The notes beneath the pieces were generated by a model. It saw nothing but the letters and a program-made list of their open reading frames with translations. It had not been told where the DNA came from and searched no databases. This document shows, piece by piece, positions 1 through 12,566 of a DNA stretch of 64,000 nt. Source of the DNA: Dicyema japonicum. Its lineage: Eukaryota > Animalia > Dicyemida. How positions within the stretch are numbered: position 1 is the stretch's first letter; the number at the start of each line of letters is the position of its first letter. The stretch lies in NCBI GenBank assembly GCA_011109175.1, contig RDEW01000006.1:781232-845231 (forward strand), in the 5' to 3' direction. A program made the translations under genes and the position numbers.

Positions 1-1168
1 GAGGAACATTTGTAGAGATATTTAACCATTTAAGGACTTTGACCAAGACATTTGAACAGGTATTAGAGGAACGGAATGTATATTACTCCCAATGTATGGA
101 AAAATCAGGCAATTTGACTCCCAGGTACTGCTACGTCTTATATAGACCTGATTGGGGGACTGCCGGTGATGTGGTGCCCAGAGGGAGTGAGGAATGGCAT
201 AAAGTGATTCAGGACAAGTCAAGCAGAGATATTTTGACTGTCCTTTTGGAAGATCTGTCCTCCCAGGGAACAAAGAAAGATTTTGATGGACAGGTAGTAC
301 CTCCATTTGAGTTTGTGAGGGAGTTGGGGAGAATGTTCCGACCTATCTCCGTTTTGACGGCAAAATCAAGCCAATTTCGCTTTCGAATGATGAAATGGAC
401 ACAATTGCACGTGATTTCTGGCATTACAGGGTATTTTAGCCTCATTCTTTCAGTATAAGAATGCTACGGAGTTTGAGGACCGAAGGATCGACGACATTTT
501 CTTCAACTACATGACTAGCATCTATCCAAACAACGCAGTGGACGCTTGCTACTCGTTCGATAGTCTCTCCAAAGTAGCCAAGTCCCACAAGATCAAGACT
601 CTCAGAGACATAGTGAATCTGAAAACCCACGAGAACATGTTCCACAGACAAGTTTATGTGTTGGACCAAATCAAACCGGTTTTACAAAATCACGGAGAAA
701 ACAAAACTATCAACGAAGCTCTGAAGGTCAAACTGTCTGAGATATTTACTTCTGTCTCTGACGAAGAGATCAGCGAGATGGTCGACAACCACGCAAACTT
801 GTTGGAGGACCAGAATCTGATAAACTCGGTAAACGAAGAACACAACTTTATGCTTGCTGTGTTTGATCTGATGAAGATTGAAAGCGGTCAGTTGGCGGAA
901 CAGGTGAAGGCCAAGCAAGTGTTCACGTGGTTTGTGATATTTTTAGAAATAACTTTGAATTTAAAAACATCAAAGATATTATTTTGTCGTTGGGAACTCA
1001 AATCTCCGACAAACAGCTAACAAACATCACAAATTGGATCATATCCACACGTACAGTAATGGGGGAGTTAATGGTCCCCTTTATTCAGTATTCTAGGTGA
1101 TGGACAGATTAAAGGAGTGTTACTTGAAGGATATACCGCTTAGTAGAGGATTCGAACAAATGCACTAA
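1..1168 (+). CDS. TSNAXIP1: Translin-associated factor X-interacting protein 1-like, 5'-partial; introns 12-34, 125-145, 294-319, 431-453, 927-946, 1074-1096
   Basis: Removing six 20-26 nt GT-AG introns gives one open frame containing LTPRPDWGTAGDVVPRGSEEW, DFDGQGVGENVPTYLRFDG and DDIFFNYM, ending at TAA 1166-1168. These motifs match TSNAXIP1 as I recall it (TPRPDW; GxGExIPxFLRFDG; DFFFNFL). Confidence 0.8.
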
Positions 1169-1427
1169 TATTTAAGTTGAAATAATATTCTGATTTATTT
1201 AACCATAATTGTTTACGCTTTCTGATTTACTAATTATTAGCTGACCACCAGGTTGGGACCACTGTAAGTAGGGATGACGCATAAGTGCTGGAAAAAATCC
1301 TATTGTCCCGGGTTTGAATCTTACTGCTGTACATTTTGACTGAAGATTCCACGAATCTAAGATGCTTTTGATTGACGGCAACGCTCTCGTCTGTTAATAC
1401 CTCATCGTGGAACCGGATCGTCTACAA

Positions 1428-1857
1428 AAGTGGTCCCCAACTTTTTCGTTGCCGCGGAATGGTAAGCCTTAGACAATTTTACCGCAGCCCAATGTTGAGC
1501 AATCAAAACACGAGTGACAAGCACACAACACTAGTGACTGAGCTATGACTAATTTTTTGACAAGGCGTAAAAACTTTTATTAAGGAAAGAAAAGAGAGTA
1601 AATATAGCGGCTGCCCTGACTGCGTGGCTATTTCCTCTCAGGATAACGAGCGAGATTCGTTCAAATAACCAGCAGCGCTCACGAGGGTTTCCTGTTCGTG
1701 CAGCGATCCGATTCCCTAGACGACTATGAATTCCAGCGTGGCAGGCGCAAAGGAACCAGAAAAAAAAAACTGAGATATAATTTAAAAACTGCGCACATAT
1801 ATGCTAACTGTATTTCTAAACTGTATTTCTTGTGCGGTCCATCGTTTGGGACCAGTG
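1428..1857. mobile_element. Non-autonomous hAT (Buster/Charlie-type) element inserted in a decayed SINE and carrying a CRE 3' fragment (~1605-1760)
   Basis: Termini aagtggtccccaac ... gtttgggaccagtg; perfect 8-bp TSD gtctacaa at 1420-1427 and 1858-1865 with central TA. Confidence 0.85.
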
Positions 1858-2313
1858 GTCTACAAGACTCACACGTAACAAAAGCTGTCTGCTATGTGTA
1901 TTATGGCTCTCTTGATAAGTGCTGTTTTAATGGTCAGAGGAGTACTGGGCACGTAGATTTTTCATGGACACATCCCAGTCAGTTTTAACTCCCATAGATT
2001 AAATGAGGTACTTAAAGAGCTGTGAATACGTGGAGTCTCAAAAACCTTGAAGTTTCAAATTAATCTCAAAAATCTTAAAGTTAAGGAAACAAGTTATCAG
2101 AGGAACTTGAACAAGGATGACGTGCCTTGAATGACCTATCTTGATCTCTTAACATACTAGATAAGGATAAGCTTGGCCGGTGATGCTTGACGTGTAGGAA
2201 AATAAGCTTGGGATCGAATCCTGATGAGCCCACGTGTATGACTATAATTTGTTGATTATGAGGTTGTTGTTAACAATTATGAAGTCAAATTAGTGCTTGG
2301 TTAGTGAAATATC

Positions 2314-2840
2314 TTATTTTCCTTTGAATCCTGTGACATAACCACTGTCTGAGGCCCGCTCCTTGCGACCATCGATTCCTTTACCTTTTCCAGTCTGCGC
2401 GTCAAATCGTTCCTTGTGGGCTCCCGTATATTTTGAGGTATCTGTCATCCTCTCAACATTTCCAGTTTTAGACGTAGACTTGAATTATGACTGAGGGTAC
2501 CATTCTGGCATATATTCTGGGAGACGATTTGATTTTGTTAACAACCGTTTCCGGGGACATTTTCTTGCTCAATCGATTTAGCAATCCTAGGAATTCCTTA
2601 AAGGTGATGGTTCTATAAAAACGAAGACCATGAGAACCTTCCGTTAGAGGAGGTCGCCTTGAAGGCAATATCAGTGTCAATGGTTGTAAATTTGCTGTTG
2701 TAGATTTTTAGACCTTCAAACATTTTTTTAAGCTCGGCGGAGTTCATTTCCTTCTTTTTGATCTCCTCCGTTAGGTTGCACCAGGCAATAAACTTCTGTT
2801 CCAACTCGCTGTCGGTGAGAAAAGCATCAGTCGAACTCAT
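2314..2840 (-). CDS. TPPP: Tubulin polymerization-promoting protein (p25-alpha family); introns 2613-2637 and 2479-2500
   Basis: The spliced product contains TTIDTDIAF and the diagnostic C-terminus [31 protein letters not shown]...[10 protein letters not shown]. Confidence 0.93.
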
Positions 2841-4997
2841 TTTAGAATAATCCACGCAAAAGTGCATATATAGCAAAACACCATGGCTACCGGGCATACG
2901 ATATGACGTTTACTAATTTTTACTGGAATAATCCATAAATTGTCATTCCGCTATTTTTCTTAGAAAATCAACTCAAATTTAATTTCTCCGCAGACAAAAG
3001 CAGAGACATTTTCAAAGAATGGGAAGGTCAGGCCTTAATTAGTGGGTTACTCTGTTATATTTTCCAACTGTTAAACAATATTCTCAGAAATTAAAAAACT
3101 TTACTTCCTGTCATAAAAATACGACAATGCATTTCATGTGGTTAACCAACAAAAAGTGGTTGTACCAAACTATAAGACTGCTTCGGTTCATTCTACCGTA
3201 AAATGTAATTATTCCAAAGACCAAAGGTAAATCCAAACTGAATAAATCCGTGATCCTGACGCGTTCTAGTAGAGCCCTCATCCAAGCACAGTGATCCAGA
3301 GGACATTGGCCGAGAAGCTGAAGTCGAAACCAGAAGTCGTCGCTAAATAGTCTCCCTGAGGACTCATTCTTTCTTTTTAAGCAAGTGATCCTGGGACAAT
3401 AAATATAAATCATCCTATAATTGGAGTTTCTAACAGATGATCCCAAGTTTTTTTTCAATTTTGGGCTGGAAGAGAATTGGTCCCTGATCCTACGTGCCTC
3501 TGACATTTTTCTTGATCATAACTTCGGTTTTCTGATCTCTTGCAAGTCAGTCAGTTTCTCGAGGTTTACGAAAAGCTTTCATCCACCATGAAGCTGAGTA
3601 GACATTCCGTGCATGTCACCACCTCAGCCTTTCCACCACTTAACCAGTTGGCATTATTTTTGTGAATAATTTAACTCAGGCAGAAAATCGATTCCATATT
3701 TCAAATAAAATAGCCAACAAGGCTTCAAACAACCCGCCAATGCCTATTTAACCGCTGGGGGACTGCTGAAAATTGAAGCGTCATAAACAACCTACCAATG
3801 CCTGTTCAGCCGCTGAGAAGGGCGAAAAATTGAAGCGTCGGAAGTATGGTAACGTTGTTTCATCTCCTCGTGAAACATCTGGAGCCTCGGACACTTGTCC
3901 TTAGACTTCTTCAAAAAACCCGGAAACCTAATATTAGCCCGCTCGGGAAACCTTCACTAACGCTGATAGCTATTCGAGCGAATTTCCCCATAGTTCAGTG
4001 GGGGAGTAGTCTCAACTAATTTTTTATCTTATTTTTAAAACGAAAATCATTTTCCCTTTTAAAGTTATTATTCCTCTTAACCAACACAGTTCCAAGTCTA
4101 CTAACTCAATGCTCCAGTTTCCAAGAGACAGTAGGCATTCAAAGACACAGTAGAATTTAATCTTCACCTGTTGTTTCAATCGTTTCTATGGCTACGGAGG
4201 ATATTGGCAGGGAACAGAATCGATCCCTCAAAACTGAATTGATTATAATCCGATTTCTAATTATCTTATTAAACCCAGGACAGATATAAAAAGAAGGATA
4301 CCAACTGTTCAGACGATCCTGATTCTTTTAGTTGCCGTGACTTTTGTTCGTGTTCACGACGAATGTATCATTTCACGGAAAACACCGAAACTGTGAAATA
4401 AGATTAATTTTCCAGATCACTAACATAAAGATGCACTATTAACACGTGGCAAGTCGACATATTTGCGATGGGAAATGTGTAATTACAAAACCGTCTAAAT
4501 ACAAGTAGTCATTCAGCAACTAAGCCCACGTGGTGATATATTAAGTTAAGTAATCAACAAGGGAGTGCATTATTGACGTAATCAAATAAATAAATGTTCT
4601 ATTGTTCGCTGTGTCGGTAAACTCTGACGTTACTCCACTCTTTATTGGCGGATTGTTTCTAACATAAGTTAACTCTGACCTGGAGCTCTGATTCGAGGGT
4701 AGCCATTCGTTTGCCGAGACCAAAGTCCCCGCCTTCACTGGATTTCTCAATTATAATCAAATCACTACATTTCTCACTTTGGTGTTGATATATCGACGAC
4801 GATTGACCTGTTCAATCGCCATAAACGTGATTCCCAGAAGAATCTTCCAAAATAAAACCAAATTTACCGTAATGGAGCAGATTCCCCTAATTATCGGAGA
4901 CCTTAACATCAAACAAATGTTTTAAAATTTAATTTCTGACAAAATATTAAAAAAAATAAAATTAATATTTAAATTGAATTATTGAATTTTCCTTGTC

Positions 4998-5765
4998 ATG
5001 CCTGATGCAGGATTTTACAAAGTAAAATTGTTACGAGTTAACTGACAGGGGACAAATCTCGAGCAGGATGGGAGGTTTTCTGATAAGACTAAAAGGCTGT
5101 TGAAAACTATGAAGTTTCCTCCAAATCTGGATAGAAAAGCAGTCTTTTTGTTGAGTGATAGATCGACATTTCCTGTATAAAGCTGGATACTATCCGTCCA
5201 TGGATCTCCGATAGAATTACGGAGATTCTAGGGATCGAGGATGACGTTTTAATCTCTTTTATCTGTAACATGCTGGAGGAGAAGGTCCCTATATGCTTAT
5301 TGATAGGACATGGACCCGAGAGTTATACAGATCAGCATAACCGGATTCTGAACCACAAAAATGCGAAGATTTTCACGGAAGAACTCTGGGATCTCCTCAT
5401 TAGCGCAATGGACAATGGAATTGGGATTCCCTCCAAAATATTAGAGGAGAAGAAGTTCGAGATAGCTAACAGAATTGTTTCTTCTGTAATAATCTCAGGC
5501 CACCGGTGACTACAAGCCTCCGAATACTGAGGAAGCTGATGAGGACTGTCGATCCCCGAGAAGAAGTCGTTCTCCTCATCATAAAAGGCACCGGAGAAGT
5601 TCTAGTTCCTCCCACCGTAAAAAGCGACGAAGAAGTTCCGGTTCTCCTCATCGTAGAAGAGACCGGAGTGGTTCCCATTCTCCGAGTCACCGACGTCACC
5701 ACAAATCTGTATTTTCCGTATTAACGTAGCGGCATTCACGGACGAAAGGGGGCATGCTAGAGTAA
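4998..5765 (+). CDS. SRRM1: SRRM1/SRm160-like PWI domain + short RS/H-rich tail; five micro-introns; apparent 1-nt frameshift near 5346
   Basis: MPDAGFYK|GTNLEQDGRFSDK...MKFP...IRPWISDRITEILGIEDDVLI...DPRVIQISITGF/LNHKNAKIFTEELWDLLISA...GIP, followed by RSPRRSRSP repeats. The first intron is 5022-5048. Confidence 0.88.
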
Positions 5766-6779
5766 CCCTTGTGTTATTTGTAGAATCATCACTGAAACTG
5801 CATATTACATTTGATTTGTTATAAATTGGAGTGCTGTTGGTTATAATCGTTTCCGTTATTCCGTGATACAACGGTAAGACACTGATTTATTAGGGAAGAA
5901 TAATCCTTATTGTTAGAAAAATACACGTGCTGTTTTATGGATCTATTTTGTGAGGATTTATTTTGCGTCACAGGTTTTGAGATTGTCCTCACATATTAGA
6001 ATGGGAGACCTTTGTACATTGAATATTTGGCAATCAGTTTAGATCAGGGCAGGTGATTTATCCGTGATGCGAGTTGTATATTCGCTCAGAGAACCTTGTA
6101 ATCTTTTTAAAATTATCGACCCGCTGACTGATGACTGATAAACCTACTGTGATGGTCTGGGTTGTATGTTCGCTAAAAAGGTTTGGTGATCCGTTGGAAG
6201 AGACTAATAAGGGGAATCCGTGACAAGCCGTTCGACCCTCTCGAAGGGGATCGGGCATTGGTTGTACCATTCTTGATTAGCTGACCTCTAAGTTTTAGAG
6301 GAGGATAATAAAGTGATGTAACAGACCTTCCACCGATGATTAGTAGTGTTTCCATTACTTAAACCTCAGCTTAGGCAGAACTCGCAGAATTAAGAACAGT
6401 TATGATAGTTAATCCATGACATTGGAAATGTTGTTGAATTGTCGTCCTTTTTGTTTGTCTGATAATAAAGAGACTTAATTACCAGCCCAAAGAACTGACA
6501 TTTTTCAGAAGATGAAGGCTGAGGGACGACTCGCCTACAGACGAGTTTCTTTATTATCAGACACAGAAACAGCATTGAATGGACGAGGGACAACTCGCCT
6601 AGATAAAATAATGTAGGGGTAAATTCTAAAATTTTGACCATTTTTGAATTTATGAAAAATTTATCTAGAAAAAAATTTTTTAATATGAAAAAACTAATTT
6701 TTATTTATTATTATTCCATTGTCGAAAATTAAATAATCTATCCTAAAATGAACTTTATAAAAAGTGCTCCATATACAGA

Positions 6780-6923
6780 GTTCTATTTGGGCAGGGTTGT
6801 TTTGGTATCTTTTAGTATGTTTGGTACCGGGGTTCTATTTGGGCAGGGTTGTTTTGGTATCTTTTAGTATGTTTGGTACCGGGGTTCTATTTGGGCGGGG
6901 TTGTTTTGGTATCTTTTAGTATG
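6780..6923. repeat. 52-bp tandem repeat, ~2.8 near-identical copies
   Basis: Unit gttctatttgggcagggttgttttggtatcttttagtatgtttggtaccggg starts at 6780, 6832 and 6884. Confidence 0.9.
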
Positions 6924-7439
6924 GGCTTACTTCACCCATGGATATTGTATTATAAATTATTTAAGAGTAATTTCACCAGAAGCAAGTTAACTTATTTGAC
7001 GGAAATATCGGAAACTCAAAATATTTCGGTATACAATTCTTACAAGAAATTGAATTTAAAGGATACTATCCATTTTAAAAATGGCGCATCCAAGAAACGT
7101 TCAAGAATACCTTCAGAGTTTTAAAATAACGAAAATTGAAATATTTATTAATGAAAAGCGATCAGAACAGAATTTTCGATTCTCTAAAAGTTGAAGATTC
7201 TATAAACATTGAATGATCTTTAGATTCAAAAAATAGTGAACAAGAATCAGAAAAATAAAAACTGTAGACAAATGGATATTGCTGTTAGATTAATTGCTTT
7301 AGAGAGGGAATTCTTAGCTAATGCTGAGAATGAATATTAAGTTTCTCTAATTTCTTCAATAAGAAACCACAAAGCAAGCATTATTGGAGTAAAGAAAAAT
7401 AGTTAGGAATTAAATTTTATTTTTTTATAAACTTAAACT

Positions 7440-9990
7440 ACGTGGCTATTCCCACTCAGGATAGCAAGATTCGCTCAAATAACTAGCATCGCTCACGAGG
7501 GTCTTCTGTTCGTGTAGCAATCCGATTCCCTAGACGACTCAAGAATTTCAGCGTCGCAGGCGCAAGGGAACCAGACATCTCAACGGCGAGTGGAACAAAC
7601 AAAAAATCCGTACTTTTCCCGTTTCATCTTCTCAGCCTTCTGAGCGGCAGAACAGGCTCCAGAGGCACTTTGGAGTTGGTTGCAAGAGGCAAATGTGTCG
7701 GTGCAGGTATCGTCCCAGACAAGAAGTTTCCCGGCTTTAAAAGGAAAAATTCCCATTTCATCCGGTCGTTTCCCGTCTCGCCTGCAAAGACCGACTGGTT
7801 CGAGCATGGAGGGGTGTTTGGCGGCGTCCAAAACTCGCCTAAAAAATTCGTTTAAGGCCATATGTTTGGGAAATCCCATATGTCCTCTTTCTGCAGGAAA
7901 GAAGGTGTAGGCCAAAACAGTCGATCTGGTCTCTGCATCGGCATGGATGTGGAACCCAGATTTTTTATCCCAGTCGCAATGAGATCCCAATACGGACGCA
8001 TTCATCATCCAGGAAGGTACCCAGAACTCCATTTGGAATGGCGTTGAGCCAGGCACCGCTCTCGGAAAACGCCCCTGACAACAAACAGGCACGACGATGT
8101 TGGCTAGATGACACTAACAAATCTTTATAGCATCGTCCAAGCCCCGCTGAGAGAACGAGGAAGGCAAGGAAAGCTGATAAGTGCGCCTCCAGGCCATTGA
8201 CATGGCCGGCGTCCTTGTCAATAGAGAAATCAGGGAGTGAGTGTAGAATCCTCTTGACAAGAATGTTACAGGCCATTAGCGACGATAGATATGCAGGGAG
8301 AGAAAGGTCTACAGAAGAGGTTCCCAACCTGGGTTCCGCGAATTTCCAAAATTTTTTTAATTTTTTTTCAAAATAATAATTTTTCAAAACGAATTAATTT
8401 AATTTGCATGTGTCTAAATGGAGTCTTGTGACAGTGCATATCTTAAAGTTCGATCATATTGAGAAAGTTATATTGCTTTTAGTTTCACATGGACTGGGGA
8501 CATGGATTGCCCATACTTTCTCCGAAACTGTTATTTTGCATGCAAAAAAGTAGTGAAGATAATTTTCGGAGAAATTGCTGCCGCTGAGCTCGACTTAATT
8601 CCTATTTCTAATAATTCTTGAGCAGACGCATCAACGATATGTCTGATGACGTGAAACCAAATTGGTTCGGCGAATAAAATATCTGTGTTTTTTGCGGTTC
8701 AAGTGAATGAAAGCTCAGATATTACAGGAAGAATGCAATTCCTTGTTTTCGTTCGATATATGAACGATGAATTTATTATTGAAGATTTTCTTTCCTGCAA
8801 AGAGTTTCTCGGAACAACCAAGGGATATGACATTTTCAATCTTATAAATTCATATTTTGAGGATATAAAGTTGGATTGGAATGCGTGTGTAAGTCTCTAA
8901 ACTGGTGGTTCCAGCAATGACTGGCAATCTAAAGGCTTTGTTTCTATTGCGAAAAATAAGAATCCGAACATTATTCACACGCATTGTTTTCTTCATGTAC
9001 GAATAATTATTTTCCACCCATATCAGTTGAACTCTATGATTGAGTGAGGAACCCTTTTGCTGAGTACGAAATAACTGGAAACGAGATATCATTAAAAGAG
9101 GAAAAAAACTTGCTTTTGTTTCAAGTGACAGAACGTTAAAAATGGAATATTTGCAGCTTGATATTGATTCGTTTTGGCTGATTGTAAAAAAAAATATCCT
9201 ACAAACAAAGCCTTAAGAGTTTTGGTTCAGTTTTCAACGACTTATCTCTGTGAAAGTTGATTTTCTGCATTAACAAAGCATAAAAACGCGCGAACCTACT
9301 GTATGTGGAAGAAGACCTACCTTTATCCCTGTCAAGGACAAGGCCTAATATTACAAAGCTATGCAAGAGACATCAACCATCTCACTAACTAGCATTTTAT
9401 TTTTTATAGTAGTAAAATACTGATAATTGTTAAAAAAATATGAGGGTTCCGTATAAAATGAACAATGTCGATAAGGTTCCGTGCTCTCAAAAAGGTAGGG
9501 AACCACTGGTCTAAAGGGTTGCAAATTCCAAGCTCTCCGAGTCTCACTGGTAGCGTGGCTCGCTTCTATGAGAAATCCTCGAACCGGATGTTAAAGATAC
9601 GTTCCGCTGTCGTACGGAAGATCTCGTTTATCTGTGCGAGTTGGTATAGGGAGCAGTCCTTAAGACATATGCAAGCCTCTGTACGTTGAGATTGTTTTTC
9701 AGTAGGAATAATGCTGTATGCATGTCAAGTAGACACAAGCGGTTCAGATTCTCTCAGAGTAAAAGTTGTTTTTCACGTAAAGCTCTTCCCATTGCATTTA
9801 TGGTGATTGGGGATCCAAGGAATATAAGTTCTTCATCGGGTTTGAAATACTTCCAGGGAGTAATTACCAAATTGATGTTGATTATTGGAAAGATAAATTC
9901 TTCATGTTGATATGTCAAAGGTAATCAAATATTGCTTCTCAATTATATGAAAAGAACCCCGAGTACCTAGACATTGAGCTGCCAACTGTT
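7440..9990 (-). mobile_element. Decayed CRE-clade non-LTR retrotransposon (RLE endonuclease), interrupted by a hAT element
   Basis: SGAWLNAIP...RIGISLRLG, LEPVGLCRRDGKRPD...LLVWDDTCTDT...AEKMKREKY are CRE-type RLE motifs; the sequence resumes after 9516 and matches the copy at 30680-31360. Confidence 0.8.
8315..9508 (+). mobile_element. Internally deleted hAT Buster element (same family as 52715-54543)
   Basis: TIRs aagaggttcccaacc / ggtagggaaccactg; TSD gtctacag (8307-8314) vs gtctaaag (9509-9516); FAVQVNESSDIT...FVRY transposase remnant. Confidence 0.9.
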
Positions 9991-10882
9991 TAAGAGAGTC
10001 ATGGAAGGAAATAACGGGAATATTCGCTGTGGAAATAAAGTGTGGAGATGACTTAACATTTAAATTAACTTTTCTCTGGCTATAAAGTTAAAATTGCGGT
10101 TTTTATTCCTTGCTGATGAAAGAATTTAGCTTTCTAATAAAAACGAAGCAAAAAAGTAGTTTGATTGCCACGTGGCTATACATGGTTATTACATATAAGT
10201 CTCGGATATACTAATTTATAAGCATTCCAATGTTTTTGTGCTTCATTAATCAACAACATACATCTTTGCTTTCTTCTATGAACTACTTCAGGCTCTCAGT
10301 ATTAGCAGCATACATACATCTCGTACTGTCTGTCTCTGACAGATGATCCTCTTTGGCTGATATTTAAACTCGAATCCTACGTGTGCCCGGCACTTTTTTG
10401 CTCAGAATCTTCCACCTAGTTCATGCTGATGGTAAGAAGCAAGACAGTGGCTTTCATCCATCATGTACATCACCACTTCAACCTGCCAACCAATTAGTCA
10501 CTTTATCATAGTTAATCACCCCAGCCTCACTGAACAATAGGAAGTCGACACCCCCAAGCGTCCAAAAGTGATTGCCGAGCGCTCAATAACAGACAATTCA
10601 AATATTTTCATAAAGAAATCTATCAATAACAGACAATTCAAATATTTTTATGAAGAAATTTTACAGAAAATAATAATTTATCACATTAACCGACAATTCT
10701 TGAATTAAATTAGGTTGCTAACCGCAATTTTAATTTATTATCACCGGAACCACAAGAAAGAGGATATTGTTCAAACTAAGTGTTCAGATCTTCTTGGAGT
10801 AATTTATTGTTTAAAAAATTAATTTTTAAATAGTTTTTTATTAGAATTAGTTTTATAGGTTTTTGAAATTATTAATAAATTA

Positions 10883-12290
10883 ATGGTGTTTTTATCACGT
10901 ATAGTCGAACCTCTTCTTTGTATTTCCACATTTATGCTGGCTTTGGACATTAATACCATCAGATCACTGATTTATGAAAAAAATTGCGCTGAAATATTCT
11001 CAGACTGTTCATTTTTGAGATCCAATAATTTAACCGATGGCATAACTATTGCCAAGAGAAATCTTGTTCAGCAAAGTTCGAGTAATTTCTTCGCATTATA
11101 TGGATTCCTGTCTACTATAATTCCGCTTTTCACAGGTCCTTACTTTGGATTGGAAGTGGACAACGGAAAGTTCATGAAATCATGGATTCTGTCAATTTTA
11201 ACGTTTTTTATTGGTTTCATTGGCTACATTATAATTATGACCTTCAACCTCAAAATTGAGTATTTCTACCTCGCTTGTCTGGTGAAATCAGTCCTTGGGG
11301 GAGAGATCGTATTCATGGTGACCTGCTTCGCCTATATCGTCAAAAGCGTTCCCCAGAAGACCGTTTCATGGAGAATCATACTGGCTGACACAATCGCCAT
11401 GCTGGGAATTATAATCGGCACGATTTTGTCGGGTTTTATCGCTGATCGTAAAAACTATGACATCTTCTTTATCATCATTTGCTCTTTATGTTTTGTCTGC
11501 GTGATCTACACAATCCTGTTTCTCTCAGATCTTAATATCCCCCAACCTCCAAATAATAAATCAGTCATTTCCCGAGTCAGGTATTTGAATTCCGTAATAT
11601 TCGTAGATCCATGTTTTCCCTGTTTTCGTCGTCAAACACCAACAGAATGTTCCTTCTGAAATACATGGTACTGTATTTGACCGTGTCCTTCACGTTTGAA
11701 GGTACTCTGGCTATTTATGCAGGATATTTGATAATCTCTTATTTGTACGTTAGCGATGACCCATTCTTGATGAATAATACTGATTACTCCTATTTTTCTG
11801 CCGCAATTGGGGTCGGTTCCTTTCTTTCGGGGTTATTTGGAATCTTCTTGATCAGAAAGAAATATGTGAGCTTCAAGAAACTCTCAGTCACAGCGGGAAT
11901 AGTAGCGTGTTCCGGGTATCTGATATCTGGGATGGCCAACACTCGTTTTTTAATTTATATCGGTTAAAACATGACGTTTATGGTAGGAGGACTCTTATAC
12001 TCTGTTACTTCCATCAATCTTGCTAACACAAAGACCATTCTTGTGTCCTTGGTTGATGAACATGAAACTGGTACTATTTTGTGTATATTTTAGGGCGGCT
12101 TTTTGCGCTGATATTCATTTGCAAGAGTGTTCTAATGTTGGTCTTAGTTCCTGTTGTTATGGCTATATATTCGGCCTCTTTGAATGTAAATGGAGGGATC
12201 ATTTTCCTAATATACTCTGGCGTTTCTTTCATAATTGTAGTTTCATTTTTATTCGCTAAAATACCTCGGAATAAAATTATTGATTTTTAA
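10883..12290 (+). CDS. MFS transporter, SLC46 (PCFT/HCP1)-like; introns 11581-11606, 11702-11722, 11963-11986, 12071-12093
   Basis: Splicing joins the ORF-track pieces into one multi-TM protein with IYEKNC, VQQSSS, FAYIV...SWRI, LY...PF and EHETGRLFA motifs typical of SLC46. Confidence 0.8.
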
Positions 12291-12566
12291 TAATTTATTT
12301 AATTAAAATTCTTGATTTTTAATTATTTATTTATTTAAAATTTTTGATTTTTAATAATAATTCAGCCGGCTTTTTTAACTAACATTTTTTCTTTGTTAAC
12401 TAATTCTTTAATAAAAAACTAATAATAATTCTTATTTTTGTTTCTTGTAGTTACAATTAGTGGTTTAGTTATTTATTTTGACATGCATATGTCATTCCCG
12501 CCCCATGTTGAAAGCGTAATTACGAAATGAGAAAAGAAAACTTATGTTTTGAAATGCCTCACATGC

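Noticed and set aside
411-453. 43-nt intron or recursive splice site in TSNAXIP1
   Set aside because: A 26-nt intron at 294-319 plus a 23-nt intron at 431-453 restores the conserved YLRFDG frame and explains the region better.
5466-5724. Overlapping ORFs 5466-5702 (-) and 5506-5724 (+)
   Set aside because: They are shadow frames of the repetitive RS-rich SRRM1 exon. The same holds for the + strand ORFs over 32899-33961.
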